Source: Candidatus Kapaibacterium sp.
GTDB lineage: Bacteria > Bacteroidota > Ignavibacteria > Kapaibacteriales > UBA2268
Length of the DNA: 64,000 bases
Assembly (NCBI GenBank): GCA_963665665.1
Contig: OY762428.1
Coordinates: 1,120,001-1,184,000, forward strand
Direction: 5' to 3'
A program made the translations under genes and the position numbers. This document shows, in pieces, positions 21,270 through 31,033 of this stretch (position 1 is the first letter of the stretch; every line of letters begins with the position of its first letter). A model generated the notes under the pieces. That model did not search any database, was not told the origin of the DNA, and saw nothing but the letters and a program-made list of their open reading frames with translations.

Positions 21270-21394
21270 TATGAAGAGGGTAGAAGACATTCAAATCACA
21301 AATTGATTATATAATTGATCAATCCACAATGACCCTGGACTACATTGAAAAGGATAATTAAAAGCAAAAGGAAAATTTTATTACAAGAGGAAGC

Positions 21395-21458
21395 TCTACT
21401 GGATACAGAAAAACGATATTAAAAGGCGGAAAATTACATCATTGGCATGGGTGCGGAG
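21395..21458 (-). repeat. 64-bp direct repeat: orphan copy of the 3' end of gene 23329-23949 (partner 23328-23391)
   Basis: TCTACTGGATAC[A/C]GAAAAACG[A/G]TATTAAAAGGCGGAAAATTACATCATTGGCATGGGTGCGGAG, 2 mismatches. Confidence 0.92.
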
Positions 21459-21528
21459 GGAATATATTGACTTATTCTGATAGCTTTTTTTAAATGCATA
21501 TTTTTTCTGTTTTAAATTATTTATATCT

Positions 21529-22422
21529 TTGGATATGGAAAAAAACACAAATACAGATAATCCGCTTGCTGAGGTTTTTGGTTTTCCGATTACAAATAGC
21601 AGCTCAAAAGCAAAGCGTTATAGAGAGCAACGATTATGCCCATATAATAACAAATCCCCAAATTGTACAAAAGATAAGGCTAATCATCCACTTGGGGTCT
21701 GTAGTATTTACCATAAAGACCAACCCGTGATTACATGCCCAACAAGGTTCAGGGAGGATTGGTTAATAATTGAAAACGCCGCAGAATTTACTTTTGGAAA
21801 GAATTCTAATTTTACTTCCTTATCAGAAATCAAATTAACTGACAAAAATGGTCAATCTGCCGGAAATATTGATTTTATTTTAGTTCAATATGATAAAAAC
21901 GGAAAATTAACTGATTTCGCTTCTCTTGAAGTACAAGGCGTTTACATTACAGGAAATCTAAGAAATCCATTTGAAGAATTTGTCGAAAGACCAGACCCCA
22001 ATTTTCAATGGCAGGCAGGTTATAACTATCCAAAACCGGATTATCTATCTTCTTCACGAAAGAGATTGATCCCACAAATGCTCTATAAAGGCGGTATATT
22101 TAAGTACTGGCAAAAGAAACAAACCGTAGCTTTGCAAAAATCCTTTTATGACACTTTACCGGAATTACCACAAACAACTAAAAAAAATGCGGATATTGCG
22201 TGGTTTCTTTATGATTTAGAATATAATAATGTTGCAAAAAAATTCGATTTGAAACTTTCTAATACAATTTATACAGAATTTGAACCGGCATTAATGAAAA
22301 TAACAACACCGGAACCCGGAGATATTACGCATTTTATTGATATTCTTCAAACAAAACTTGATGAACATTTAGGTATTAATCCACCTGACGCTCCGACATT
22401 ATCAGATATTTTGAGTAGATAA
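21529..22422 (+). CDS. NotI-family type II restriction endonuclease
   Basis: Cys4 motif CPY..CTKDK..PLGVCS..ITCPTRF; catalytic GNIDFILV...LEVQGVY; SSRKRLIPQMLYKG. Confidence 0.8.
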   Translation: MDMEKNTNTDNPLAEVFGFPITNSSSKAKRYREQRLCPYNNKSPNCTKDKANHPLGVCSIYHKDQPVITCPTRFREDWLIIENAAEFTFGKNSNFTSLSEIKLTDKNGQSAGNIDFILVQYDKNGKLTDFASLEVQGVYITGNLRNPFEEFVERPDPNFQWQAGYNYPKPDYLSSSRKRLIPQMLYKGGIFKYWQKKQTVALQKSFYDTLPELPQTTKKNADIAWFLYDLEYNNVAKKFDLKLSNTIYTEFEPALMKITTPEPGDITHFIDILQTKLDEHLGINPPDAPTLSDILSR

Positions 22423-23292
22423 ATGAAAGAACAACTATCACTTTTTGAAACAAAAGAAAAAAATACTCCGACAGTCGTTAATGTTGCGTCCATTCCTCAA
22501 AGAAGCCCGTTTAGGTATCCTGGTGGAAAAACTTGGTTAATCCCTATTGTCAGAAAATGGCTAAAACAGGGAAATAAGCCCGATTTATTATTTGAACCTT
22601 TTGCAGGTGGCGGTATTGTCAGTTTAACTACCGCATTCGAGAACTTGGCAGATAAAGTGATTATGGTTGAATTGGATAACGAAGTATCTGCTGTTTGGGA
22701 TGTTATTATCAATGATGATTATAAATGGTTGGCTGAAACAATTTTTTCATTTGAACTTACAATAGAAAACGCAAACAAAGTTCTCAATAAAAAAAATAAA
22801 AATTCAAGGGATCAGGCCTTAAGCACAATCATTAAAAATAGAATCTCGCATGGAGGAATAATTGCCAAAGGTTCCGGTTTAATAAAAAATGGTGAAAAAG
22901 GAAAAGGGATAAAATCAAGATGGTACCCAAAAACACTCAGGAACAGGATAGTAAATATTGGCCTTATCAGAGAAAAAATTGAGTTTATTCACGGCGACGC
23001 ATTTACTGAATTAGAAAAAATTGTCAATAAAAAAAATGCTTTCTCTTTCATTGACCCTCCTTATACTGTTGCCGGAAGAAGGCTTTACACACATTTTGAT
23101 ATAAACCATGACTATCTTTTCGAATTGGTTAGTAAAATTGGAGGTAAATATTTACTGACTTATGATGACACCGCAGAAATAAGATCATTATCAAAAAAAT
23201 ATAATCTTGACTTTAGAACAATACCAATGAAAACAACTCACCATATTCAAAAAAATGAAATATTAATTTCAGACAATTTTAACTGGTTATAA
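22423..23292 (+). CDS. Dam/D12-class DNA amino-methyltransferase, cognate of the REase
   Basis: SPFRYPGGKTW, FEPFAGGG (SAM binding), FIDPPY (catalytic); abuts the REase stop. Confidence 0.88.
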   Translation: MKEQLSLFETKEKNTPTVVNVASIPQRSPFRYPGGKTWLIPIVRKWLKQGNKPDLLFEPFAGGGIVSLTTAFENLADKVIMVELDNEVSAVWDVIINDDYKWLAETIFSFELTIENANKVLNKKNKNSRDQALSTIIKNRISHGGIIAKGSGLIKNGEKGKGIKSRWYPKTLRNRIVNIGLIREKIEFIHGDAFTELEKIVNKKNAFSFIDPPYTVAGRRLYTHFDINHDYLFELVSKIGGKYLLTYDDTAEIRSLSKKYNLDFRTIPMKTTHHIQKNEILISDNFNWL

Positions 23293-23328
23293 TTGTTTGT
23301 GTTATTAATTTTTCAGGGATTAATATTT

Positions 23329-23949
23329 CTACTGGATACCGAAAAACGGTATTAAAAGGCGGAAAATTACATCATTGGCATGGGTGCGGAGAAATTTCTC
23401 CTGCTCGTTACGGATTTTATCTTCGGTTTTTTTCAGTTCTTCTTCTGCGTCTTCTTCGGATTCAATTGGCTGGTAATCCTCAGTTATAGTATTGCGGGAT
23501 TCAACAAACTCAACTTCAGTCTTATTCAGCCTGTCCATTATCGTTTTAACTGTTTCCACGGCTTTTTCCATTTTTTCATCATCGGCTTTGGTTGCATCAT
23601 CATCACTAAGCAAACCTGCAACCTCTTCGGCGAAAACAGCATTTTCTGTGGATGTACTGTTCAAAACCGAAGCAACAGAACTGCCGAAATCATTAACTAT
23701 GTTTGATATTTCTTCTTTGTCAGAGGATTTTAAAGTATTAAGAACATCATTGGCATATTGCCTTGCCTGCCCGAGATTTTTTATAAAGCCATAGTTCGAA
23801 AAGAAATTATTTGATATTGTTGAGCCCTGGCGGTAATCAGTTTTTGCCTGAACCTGTTCGGAAGAAAGGCTACGATCAGTATTGACGGGCTTTTCAGGAG
23901 AAATTCCGTTAACACCTTTTATCCCTATTTTTGATACTGCCGTGGCCAT
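23329..23949 (-). CDS. Hypothetical acidic helical protein; C-terminus weakly flagellin-like
   Basis: 206-aa ORF; its 3' end is duplicated at 21395-21458. Confidence 0.65.
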   Translation of the reverse strand: MATAVSKIGIKGVNGISPEKPVNTDRSLSSEQVQAKTDYRQGSTISNNFFSNYGFIKNLGQARQYANDVLNTLKSSDKEEISNIVNDFGSSVASVLNSTSTENAVFAEEVAGLLSDDDATKADDEKMEKAVETVKTIMDRLNKTEVEFVESRNTITEDYQPIESEEDAEEELKKTEDKIRNEQEKFLRTHANDVIFRLLIPFFGIQ

Positions 23950-24479
23950 AACCTACTCAAAAAGTATAGACACAATTATTCTTATTAAAATATAAATATT
24001 ATATATGAAATTTCAAAATGTTTTTTTACAAAAAATTAATTTTGTGTAAAATTTATTGTTGCTCACATCTGGTTTAGTATTTTTGACAATTACTTCCTTG
24101 AAGGGTTTAAAGTTAAAAAAAATTGCCATTGGGTTCGATTTTAAAAATAATTACATTTACAACCCTCGGTAAATATATATTTTCATATTAATTAACGTGA
24201 GCAAGTACCAATAATAATACCATTAGCAATCTTATTTTAATTACATGATCGCATAATCATACTGAGAAAATTATTCTTTTCTATTGCTAAAAGATTTTAT
24301 TTAAATATTCTGAAATATTAACTTTCATTATCTGAACATTAGCGTTTTATTATATTAATTTCATTATCACGTTAAAATATTAATAAAAATTCAAAATATT
24401 AGTAATTCAAACAAAAATATTTTGATTATCTTCTAATAATTCAATATTTTCGGCTTGTTGAACGGGGATTTTTGGTATT

Positions 24480-26828
24480 GTGTCGTTAACAAAGAAAACG
24501 GTATCAATGATTGTTTCAGGGGATGAAATTAAATTCTTTAAGAGTATATACGATTGCGTTAATGCTCCTGTTTTTATATCTGATATCTCTTCTGATATCA
24601 TTTACTCTAATCCTGTGGCCCAAAACATCCTTCTGCTTAAACCCGATAAAACTGACATCAATAGAATTTTTCATACTGATAGTTTTCAGAAATATTCAGA
24701 TTCTGTAAAAAATCTATCAACCGGGAAGACAATTGATTTGACAGATATTCAGATTCGAACTTCCAACGGAAATTCGTATCTGTGTGACCTGAAGATAAGT
24801 ATTGTCAGTTTTTCCGGTAAAGATTATTATGCTCATTTCCCGGATATTAAAAAAGAAAATGAAGAAGGCGGTATAAGAAAACTGTTGAGTGATTTAAAAG
24901 CCGACAACGACAGGTATAAAATTCTGGTTGAAAATCAGTCAGACGGAATTGTTATTGCCGATGTCGATGATAATTTTAGATTCTCGAACGAAGCAGCTAA
25001 CAGAATTTTCGGTACTTACCCCAACAGCCTGGTCGGGAAAAATGTTAAAGAATTCATCCGGGATAAATCCCAATTAGACCAATTGGAATCTGAAACTCAA
25101 TCCAGGATAAAAGGAAAAAAAAGTCAGTACAAACTTGAAATTTTTTCTCCGGATGGTGATAGAAAGATCATATCAATCAGTGTAAACCCTAAGTTAAACC
25201 AAGACGGAAAATTTGAATACAGTTTCGGAATCATCAGGGATATAACTGAACTGGATAATGCCCTTAATGAGTTAACCATCTCTGAAAATAAATATAAAAG
25301 CCTGTTTGACAATGCTATTATGGGTATTGTAATTATCTCTATGGAAGGCGAGGTTCTCGAATATAATGATTCGATGAAACGTCTCTTCAATCTTCCTGAA
25401 GATTATTCCGGAGACTTTGGCCTTAAAGACGCTTACTTCGATTACTCCGAAAGAGAATATTACCTGGAAAAGCTCTGCGAAGATAAGATTGTTCCCGAAC
25501 ATGAAAGGCGTTTCAGAAATTTTGACGGAAATGAAATATGGCTGCTGATGACACTAAGGCTGATTCAATATGACGGCCTGCCAGCAATCCAGGCCACAGC
25601 CACGGATATTACAACCAGGAAGCTTATCGAAGATGAGATAAAAGAGCAATCAGCAAGAATGAAATCACTCCTGGAAAATACTTCCGATATGATTTGGGCT
25701 GTAAATAATTCCTATGAGCTGATTGTTTGCAATAATAACGCATACGAGATTTATCTTCACCTTACAGGTCAAAAAATTAACCTGGGCCAGAATTTTGTCA
25801 ATTCTCAAAATGAGAACTTTAACAGTTTATGGAAAGAAAGATTTGATAAATGCTTGAATAACATCATTTATTCTGTTGAGGATACTTATAAATTTGAAGA
25901 TATTGAACTAACAATCGAAACTTCATTCAACCCTATCAAATTTGAAAAACAGGTAATTGGTGTTTCCTGTTTCAGCCGGGATATTACCGACAGAAAAAAA
26001 TCTGAGGAGGAAACACGTAAATTGATTGAAGAACTTCAGTGGGAAAAAGATACTGTTGAAGAAAATGCCAATCAAATGCATAAATTAAATTTGGCTCTTA
26101 CGAAATCAGAAGATGAATTAATAAAATCAAATGCCGCCAAGGACAAATTTTTCTCGATAATTGCTCATGACCTGCGTAGCCCGATTTCCGGGTTCATGGG
26201 GCTTTCCGAGGCGCTTGCAAAAGATTTCAGGGAACTGAACCTTTCGCAGATTAAGGAAATCGGGCAAGGGCTGCATTCATCTGCAAACCAGCTATTCCGC
26301 CTCCTCGAGAATCTTCTGCAATGGTCCAGGACACAAACCGGCGACATACCTTATAACCCTGATGCTGTTGACCTGTTCTATTTTATTCGTGATACTGTTT
26401 ATCTATACCAGAATAACGCCAATGAAAAAGATATTGAATTAATTGCAAATATTGATAAAGGAAATTTTGTTTGGGCGGATATTAATCATGTTGAAACAAT
26501 AATTCGAAACCTTACTTCAAATGCAATAAAATTCACCCGAAAAGGCGGTACTGTTGAAGTAAGTACAAAACAAGTTAATGACTTTATATCTATCAGCATA
26601 TCAGATAATGGCATCGGTATTCCAAAAGAAAAAATTGACGAATTATTCCAGTTAGGTAAGAACTCGACCACCCCCGGAACAAGTGGTGAGAAGGGTTCCG
26701 GCTTGGGACTTCTCCTTTGCAGAGAACTTGTTGAGAAAAATGGCGGCAAAATGTTTGTTGATAGCGAAATCGGTAAAGGAACCGTTTTCTCATTCACATT
26801 ACCATTACCGAATTACAGCAAGTTATAA
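24480..26828 (+). CDS. Cytoplasmic multi-PAS sensor histidine kinase, no adjacent response regulator (start probably ATG 24507)
   Basis: PAS/PAC ends RDITE, TDITTRK, RDITDRK; H-box IIAHDLRSP; NAIKFT, DNGIGI, GSGLGL. Confidence 0.92.
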   Translation: MSLTKKTVSMIVSGDEIKFFKSIYDCVNAPVFISDISSDIIYSNPVAQNILLLKPDKTDINRIFHTDSFQKYSDSVKNLSTGKTIDLTDIQIRTSNGNSYLCDLKISIVSFSGKDYYAHFPDIKKENEEGGIRKLLSDLKADNDRYKILVENQSDGIVIADVDDNFRFSNEAANRIFGTYPNSLVGKNVKEFIRDKSQLDQLESETQSRIKGKKSQYKLEIFSPDGDRKIISISVNPKLNQDGKFEYSFGIIRDITELDNALNELTISENKYKSLFDNAIMGIVIISMEGEVLEYNDSMKRLFNLPEDYSGDFGLKDAYFDYSEREYYLEKLCEDKIVPEHERRFRNFDGNEIWLLMTLRLIQYDGLPAIQATATDITTRKLIEDEIKEQSARMKSLLENTSDMIWAVNNSYELIVCNNNAYEIYLHLTGQKINLGQNFVNSQNENFNSLWKERFDKCLNNIIYSVEDTYKFEDIELTIETSFNPIKFEKQVIGVSCFSRDITDRKKSEEETRKLIEELQWEKDTVEENANQMHKLNLALTKSEDELIKSNAAKDKFFSIIAHDLRSPISGFMGLSEALAKDFRELNLSQIKEIGQGLHSSANQLFRLLENLLQWSRTQTGDIPYNPDAVDLFYFIRDTVYLYQNNANEKDIELIANIDKGNFVWADINHVETIIRNLTSNAIKFTRKGGTVEVSTKQVNDFISISISDNGIGIPKEKIDELFQLGKNSTTPGTSGEKGSGLGLLLCRELVEKNGGKMFVDSEIGKGTVFSFTLPLPNYSKL

Positions 26829-26864
26829 ATTAATTCTATATCCCTGAACACTTCTGAATATAAA

Positions 26865-28238
26865 TTATCTCCTGAACAATTTTCTGATTAATCCCGGCAA
26901 AGAAATACTGAAAGTCTCGTTGCTTACTCTAAGGGTTAATATAATACCCATGACTGCAATCACAATGTTACCAAGCCACATGCTGAAAACGGGCGATAGA
27001 AATCCCCTGTCGGCAAGTTTTTCCCCTCCTATCAGGCAAACCCAGTAAATAATGTAAAACCCGAGCGTAATCGCAGCGCTGATTCCGAAATTCCCGCCTT
27101 TTGTGATAATTCCAAGCGGGCATCCCACGAATACAAAAACCAGACAGGCAAAAGGAATGGCATATTTCTTCTGAATTTCCACCTCGTATTGCCTTGACCT
27201 TCGGGTATATTCATTTTCCTGGTAAAGATCCGACTGAATTTTGGAACGCAGAAATCCGAGCCGTTTGTTTACCCGTGTAAGAATTTCCTTTTCTGTAAGT
27301 TTCGGCATTTTTATATCGCCGAAATTAATAATTTTTTGCTTTGAAGTATCAGGCATACCTGACAAGTAGCCGAAATGTTCCTGTAACTCAAGATTTATTC
27401 TGCCGGTCGCCTCGTCAGATTTTTTGTCGGAATCAACAGTGATCTTTCTCATATCGGCAATTCTCATTTCACGATCTCCGCGAGACATTACATCTTCATC
27501 AGTCCTTTCAAACGAAAAACCACTTGCCGGTATTGATATTATATGCTTTTTAAAATCAATCACCCTGTAGCTTTTCACTCCTCCGGGTTCCATCTGGTGA
27601 ATTTCTCCGTCGAATAGGGTCAGGACAAGTTTTGTAAAATCATTATTAAATTTAACCTGCCCGGTATCAGCCGAAACTACATTCAGCATATTCACTTTCC
27701 TGTGGTCGTAGATAGTAACGCCAAACAGGTCACCTGTAAGAGAATCAACCTGCCGTGTTAATATTGTGTAACCGTCAAGATCAGATGAAAAACGTCCTGA
27801 TTCAAGTGAAAATGTCGGCTTTTTACGTTTAATATCACTCATTAAAATTTTCGCCTGGTGGTTTGCCTCGGGCAGAACCCTGTCGTTAAACCAGAACAGG
27901 CCGGTAGTAAGTATGGCTCCTGCCAGGATCACGGGCAACATCATCCTGATAAGGCTTCCCCCGCTGGCTTTGATAATTGTTACTTCATGTGCTGCCGCCA
28001 TATTTCCAAATGCCATAAGGGTTGAGAACAAGACACCTATAGGTATAGCAAGTACGGCCATCCAGGATAAATTAAGTATAATTAACTGGATAATAACCCA
28101 TACATCCAGCCCCTTCCCTACCAGTTCATCAATTGCCCGAATAACAAACTGCATAAGGAATAAAAAAATAACAATCGAAGACCCGAAAATAAACGGCCCG
28201 ACATGAGCCCTTAATATATATCTGTCAATAATATTCAT
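26865..28238 (-). CDS. lptF: LptF/LptG-family LPS export permease
   Basis: IIDRYILRAH, FGNMAAAHEVTIIKASG, EIQKKYAIPFAC; 3+3 TM layout. Confidence 0.85.
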   Translation of the reverse strand: MNIIDRYILRAHVGPFIFGSSIVIFLFLMQFVIRAIDELVGKGLDVWVIIQLIILNLSWMAVLAIPIGVLFSTLMAFGNMAAAHEVTIIKASGGSLIRMMLPVILAGAILTTGLFWFNDRVLPEANHQAKILMSDIKRKKPTFSLESGRFSSDLDGYTILTRQVDSLTGDLFGVTIYDHRKVNMLNVVSADTGQVKFNNDFTKLVLTLFDGEIHQMEPGGVKSYRVIDFKKHIISIPASGFSFERTDEDVMSRGDREMRIADMRKITVDSDKKSDEATGRINLELQEHFGYLSGMPDTSKQKIINFGDIKMPKLTEKEILTRVNKRLGFLRSKIQSDLYQENEYTRRSRQYEVEIQKKYAIPFACLVFVFVGCPLGIITKGGNFGISAAITLGFYIIYWVCLIGGEKLADRGFLSPVFSMWLGNIVIAVMGIILTLRVSNETFSISLPGLIRKLFRR

Positions 28239-28379
28239 AATAAGTATTCATCCATTTGTTTCATCAGGCAAATTTATAATAAAAAAACATTATCTCATAT
28301 ATTTTATGACGGATTATTTTTAATATTGTTCCGGGATCAGAATTTTATCAATATTATGAAAGTATAAAGTAAATAGTAA

Positions 28380-29021
28380 TCAGAATTTCTTTATCAGTCC
28401 CGTAACAGAACCGAGAATTATTGCACTGCTATCCCCTTTTGGGATATTTATTCTGGGGTATCCACGTGTATCAGAACGCAGTTCGTAGCCTTCACGGCCG
28501 TATTTTATTCGCCGGATCAGGTTCATATCGTTAACTATTGCGAATACAATAGATTCGTCGTCGGGGTTTTGTCCCTGGCGGACAATGGCGATATCACCTG
28601 CGCTAATTCCACTGCCCGAAAGCCCATCGTCCTTTACAATGGCGGCGAAAACCTGCCCATCGGCAGGAATATGCCTTGCGTCGATACTGATACTTCCCTT
28701 CGGGGCCATGAATATTGAGAAAGGATTATCCGATCTTCCCTCGCCGACAATTGTCAGGTCTTTGATATGGTCTGCTGTTGCTGTGGCGGTTTTATTATCA
28801 TCATCCTTTATAATAATAGCCCGGGATGCCCCTTTTTTCAGCCTTTCAATATATCCTTTCTTTTCAAGGGCCCCAAGCTGCTGGTGCACTCCGTTTGTCG
28901 AGGCAAAACCAAATCGACTGCAAATTTCATGTATTGTAGGCGGGTAACCATTCTCCGATTTGTAATCCTTAAGAAATTTGAATATATCGCTCTGCCTTTT
29001 TGTTAGTCCGGTTTTTTCCAT
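28380..29021 (-). CDS. LexA-like repressor with a degenerate, non-catalytic S24 domain
   Basis: LexA wHTH LTKRQ...GYPPTIHEI...LEKKGYIER; C-domain aligns to LexA but lacks the Ala-Gly site, catalytic Ser and catalytic Lys. Confidence 0.85.
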   Translation of the reverse strand: MEKTGLTKRQSDIFKFLKDYKSENGYPPTIHEICSRFGFASTNGVHQQLGALEKKGYIERLKKGASRAIIIKDDDNKTATATADHIKDLTIVGEGRSDNPFSIFMAPKGSISIDARHIPADGQVFAAIVKDDGLSGSGISAGDIAIVRQGQNPDDESIVFAIVNDMNLIRRIKYGREGYELRSDTRGYPRINIPKGDSSAIILGSVTGLIKKF

Positions 29022-29025
29022 GATG

Positions 29026-29640
29026 TCATTTTATTCCGAATAATTCAGGATTTAATAATTTTTTTACCAAATGATGAACATTTGTATATGCCGATAAATC
29101 ATAAATTGATAAGCCTCTGTCTATTTCGTTTTGAACCTGTTTTTCAACCCATTCACCATTAGAAATGGCCTTTGTAATTTTGTCCCGCAGCAAATTATAA
29201 TAATTTAACTTTTTCTGATAATTATTAATTTTTCCATTCAGATACTTAATCAGGCCTTCGCAATTATCGTAAGCCCTGAGTGTTTTTTCGAAATGCAGCA
29301 GTATCCAGAATTCAAAACAGATTATTGAAATAGCACCATTGATCTTGTTGTCGGAAGCAAGTTTCGCTGCTTCTTTAAGCATTGTTCCCTCATCTTTATC
29401 CAGAACTATCCATATTTCGTTATAAGGATTTCTATCCCTTCTTGCCTTATTCTTCATTTTTATAGCAGCCTTCACAAGTCCGACAGGGCTATAATTTTTG
29501 GGATGTATAACCTCGATATTCACTGCGGATAATTCTCTTTTCAGTTTCTCGTCTTTTTTGAACGACTTGAAATAGAACAGGGAGGATTTACTATCTTCAC
29601 AAAGGATCAATACTCTTTTAGAACAGGGTATAAGTCTCAT
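29026..29640 (-). CDS. RloB-family protein
   Basis: LILCED...YF, IWIVLDKD, CFEFWILLHFE, TNVHHLV. Confidence 0.85.
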   Translation of the reverse strand: MRLIPCSKRVLILCEDSKSSLFYFKSFKKDEKLKRELSAVNIEVIHPKNYSPVGLVKAAIKMKNKARRDRNPYNEIWIVLDKDEGTMLKEAAKLASDNKINGAISIICFEFWILLHFEKTLRAYDNCEGLIKYLNGKINNYQKKLNYYNLLRDKITKAISNGEWVEKQVQNEIDRGLSIYDLSAYTNVHHLVKKLLNPELFGIK

Positions 29641-29656
29641 TTTAATTTATGCCATA

Positions 29657-30943
29657 TTAATCGAATAAATCCAGGTCTTCGATAACAGGTATAGCTTTGA
29701 ACCTCCCGCTAAGATACCACGCATCATAAGGAATATCTTTTCTTACTCCTTTTATATCGCTCAGCTTATAACTTACAGTATTGCCCTGGTATTCCTTTTC
29801 GATAAAGCAAATCTGGTCTCTCCGGAACAATTCATTATCCAGAAGCGAGCTGTCATGCGTTGCAAAAATAATCTGCGCGTTTCTTGCATTTGCAGAAGGA
29901 TTATGAAATAGCTTTATAAGCATCCTGGTTAATAGTGGATGAAGGCTTTTATCAAGTTCGTCCACGATCAGAACTCCGCCATTTGACAGAGTTTCAAGAA
30001 TCTGGCTGCCTACTGATAGAAGTTTTTTGGTTCCTAGAGATTCTCTATCAAAATCCAACTCGGCATATCCGGTTGTATCGCCTTCCTTAAATTTCCTATG
30101 TCTTGTTTTAATATCATACCTGAAGGAATCAATTATTTTATTTCTCGCTTCGGGAGGTACGCTATCCGGAAAACGAAACCGATCGTTTGGATTTTCATTA
30201 ACTTTAATATCTTCAATGTTAGTATCGGCTGCTTTCAGTAATTTCAGGAAATAGCTTTTATCAGTTTGGTTTTTTGAAATCGATTTCGCAAAATTCTTTA
30301 TAAAATTTTCTTCAAAATCGCTGTCGTGGATTATCCGGATTTGCAGCATATTTGAGAAAAACAAGTACGCGTCATTCAGGTATTCAACATTTTTCTTTGA
30401 GGATATTGAAAGGAAAAGCTGATTCTTTAGCATATCCTTCTCTATCTTTCTTCCGTTTCCTTTGTAATAATCTCCAAAAGTAATTTGCTTACCTTTTCTT
30501 TCAAATAATTTTGCAGATGATTGAGAAGGATAGAAATGCAGGGCTTCATAAAGAATCTCTTTACTATTATATTTTACGTTGTAATTAAATTTTATATTAT
30601 TGTGAACGAACCCGATTCCAAATTCGACAGGCTTTTTAGCAAAATCGTCATCGAAAAGGAAAGGTTCATAGTAGGGAAGTAAATCTCCGGCACTAAAATC
30701 ATTCGAATTGAGAACGAGGTATTTAAGCGCTGACAGAGCTATCAATGTATTGCTTTTCCCCGAAGCATTGCGACCAAATATCAACAGGCTTTTCACCAAT
30801 TTGTTTTTTTCTCGATCAATTATATTGTCTGACAAATCATTTTTATCTATCCTTTTCTCAATTTCCATCGAAAGCCTTACACTTTCTCTTATTGATCGAA
30901 AATTACGAATTTTAAAGTTCAGAAGCATAATATTACCTGCCAA
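29657..30943 (-). CDS. RloA-like AAA/ABC-type ATPase (AAA_21)
   Basis: NFRSI, GRNASGKSN, ESLGTKK, VDELDKSLHP, QIIFATHD, RRDQI, YLSGRFKAIP. Confidence 0.88.
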   Translation of the reverse strand: MAGNIMLLNFKIRNFRSIRESVRLSMEIEKRIDKNDLSDNIIDREKNKLVKSLLIFGRNASGKSNTLIALSALKYLVLNSNDFSAGDLLPYYEPFLFDDDFAKKPVEFGIGFVHNNIKFNYNVKYNSKEILYEALHFYPSQSSAKLFERKGKQITFGDYYKGNGRKIEKDMLKNQLFLSISSKKNVEYLNDAYLFFSNMLQIRIIHDSDFEENFIKNFAKSISKNQTDKSYFLKLLKAADTNIEDIKVNENPNDRFRFPDSVPPEARNKIIDSFRYDIKTRHRKFKEGDTTGYAELDFDRESLGTKKLLSVGSQILETLSNGGVLIVDELDKSLHPLLTRMLIKLFHNPSANARNAQIIFATHDSSLLDNELFRRDQICFIEKEYQGNTVSYKLSDIKGVRKDIPYDAWYLSGRFKAIPVIEDLDLFD

Positions 30944-31033
30944 ATATTATAATTTGTATTATTTCTACAAATTAGAAGTTTTTATATAAATTGCAAGAAA
31001 AAAATTGTAACTACACCATTTTTTACTTATTGA

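Noticed and set aside
21271-21361. Possible gene remnant after the YiiX-like gene (MKRVEDIQITN*, then a shifted frame)
   Set aside because: Too short and frameshifted to assign
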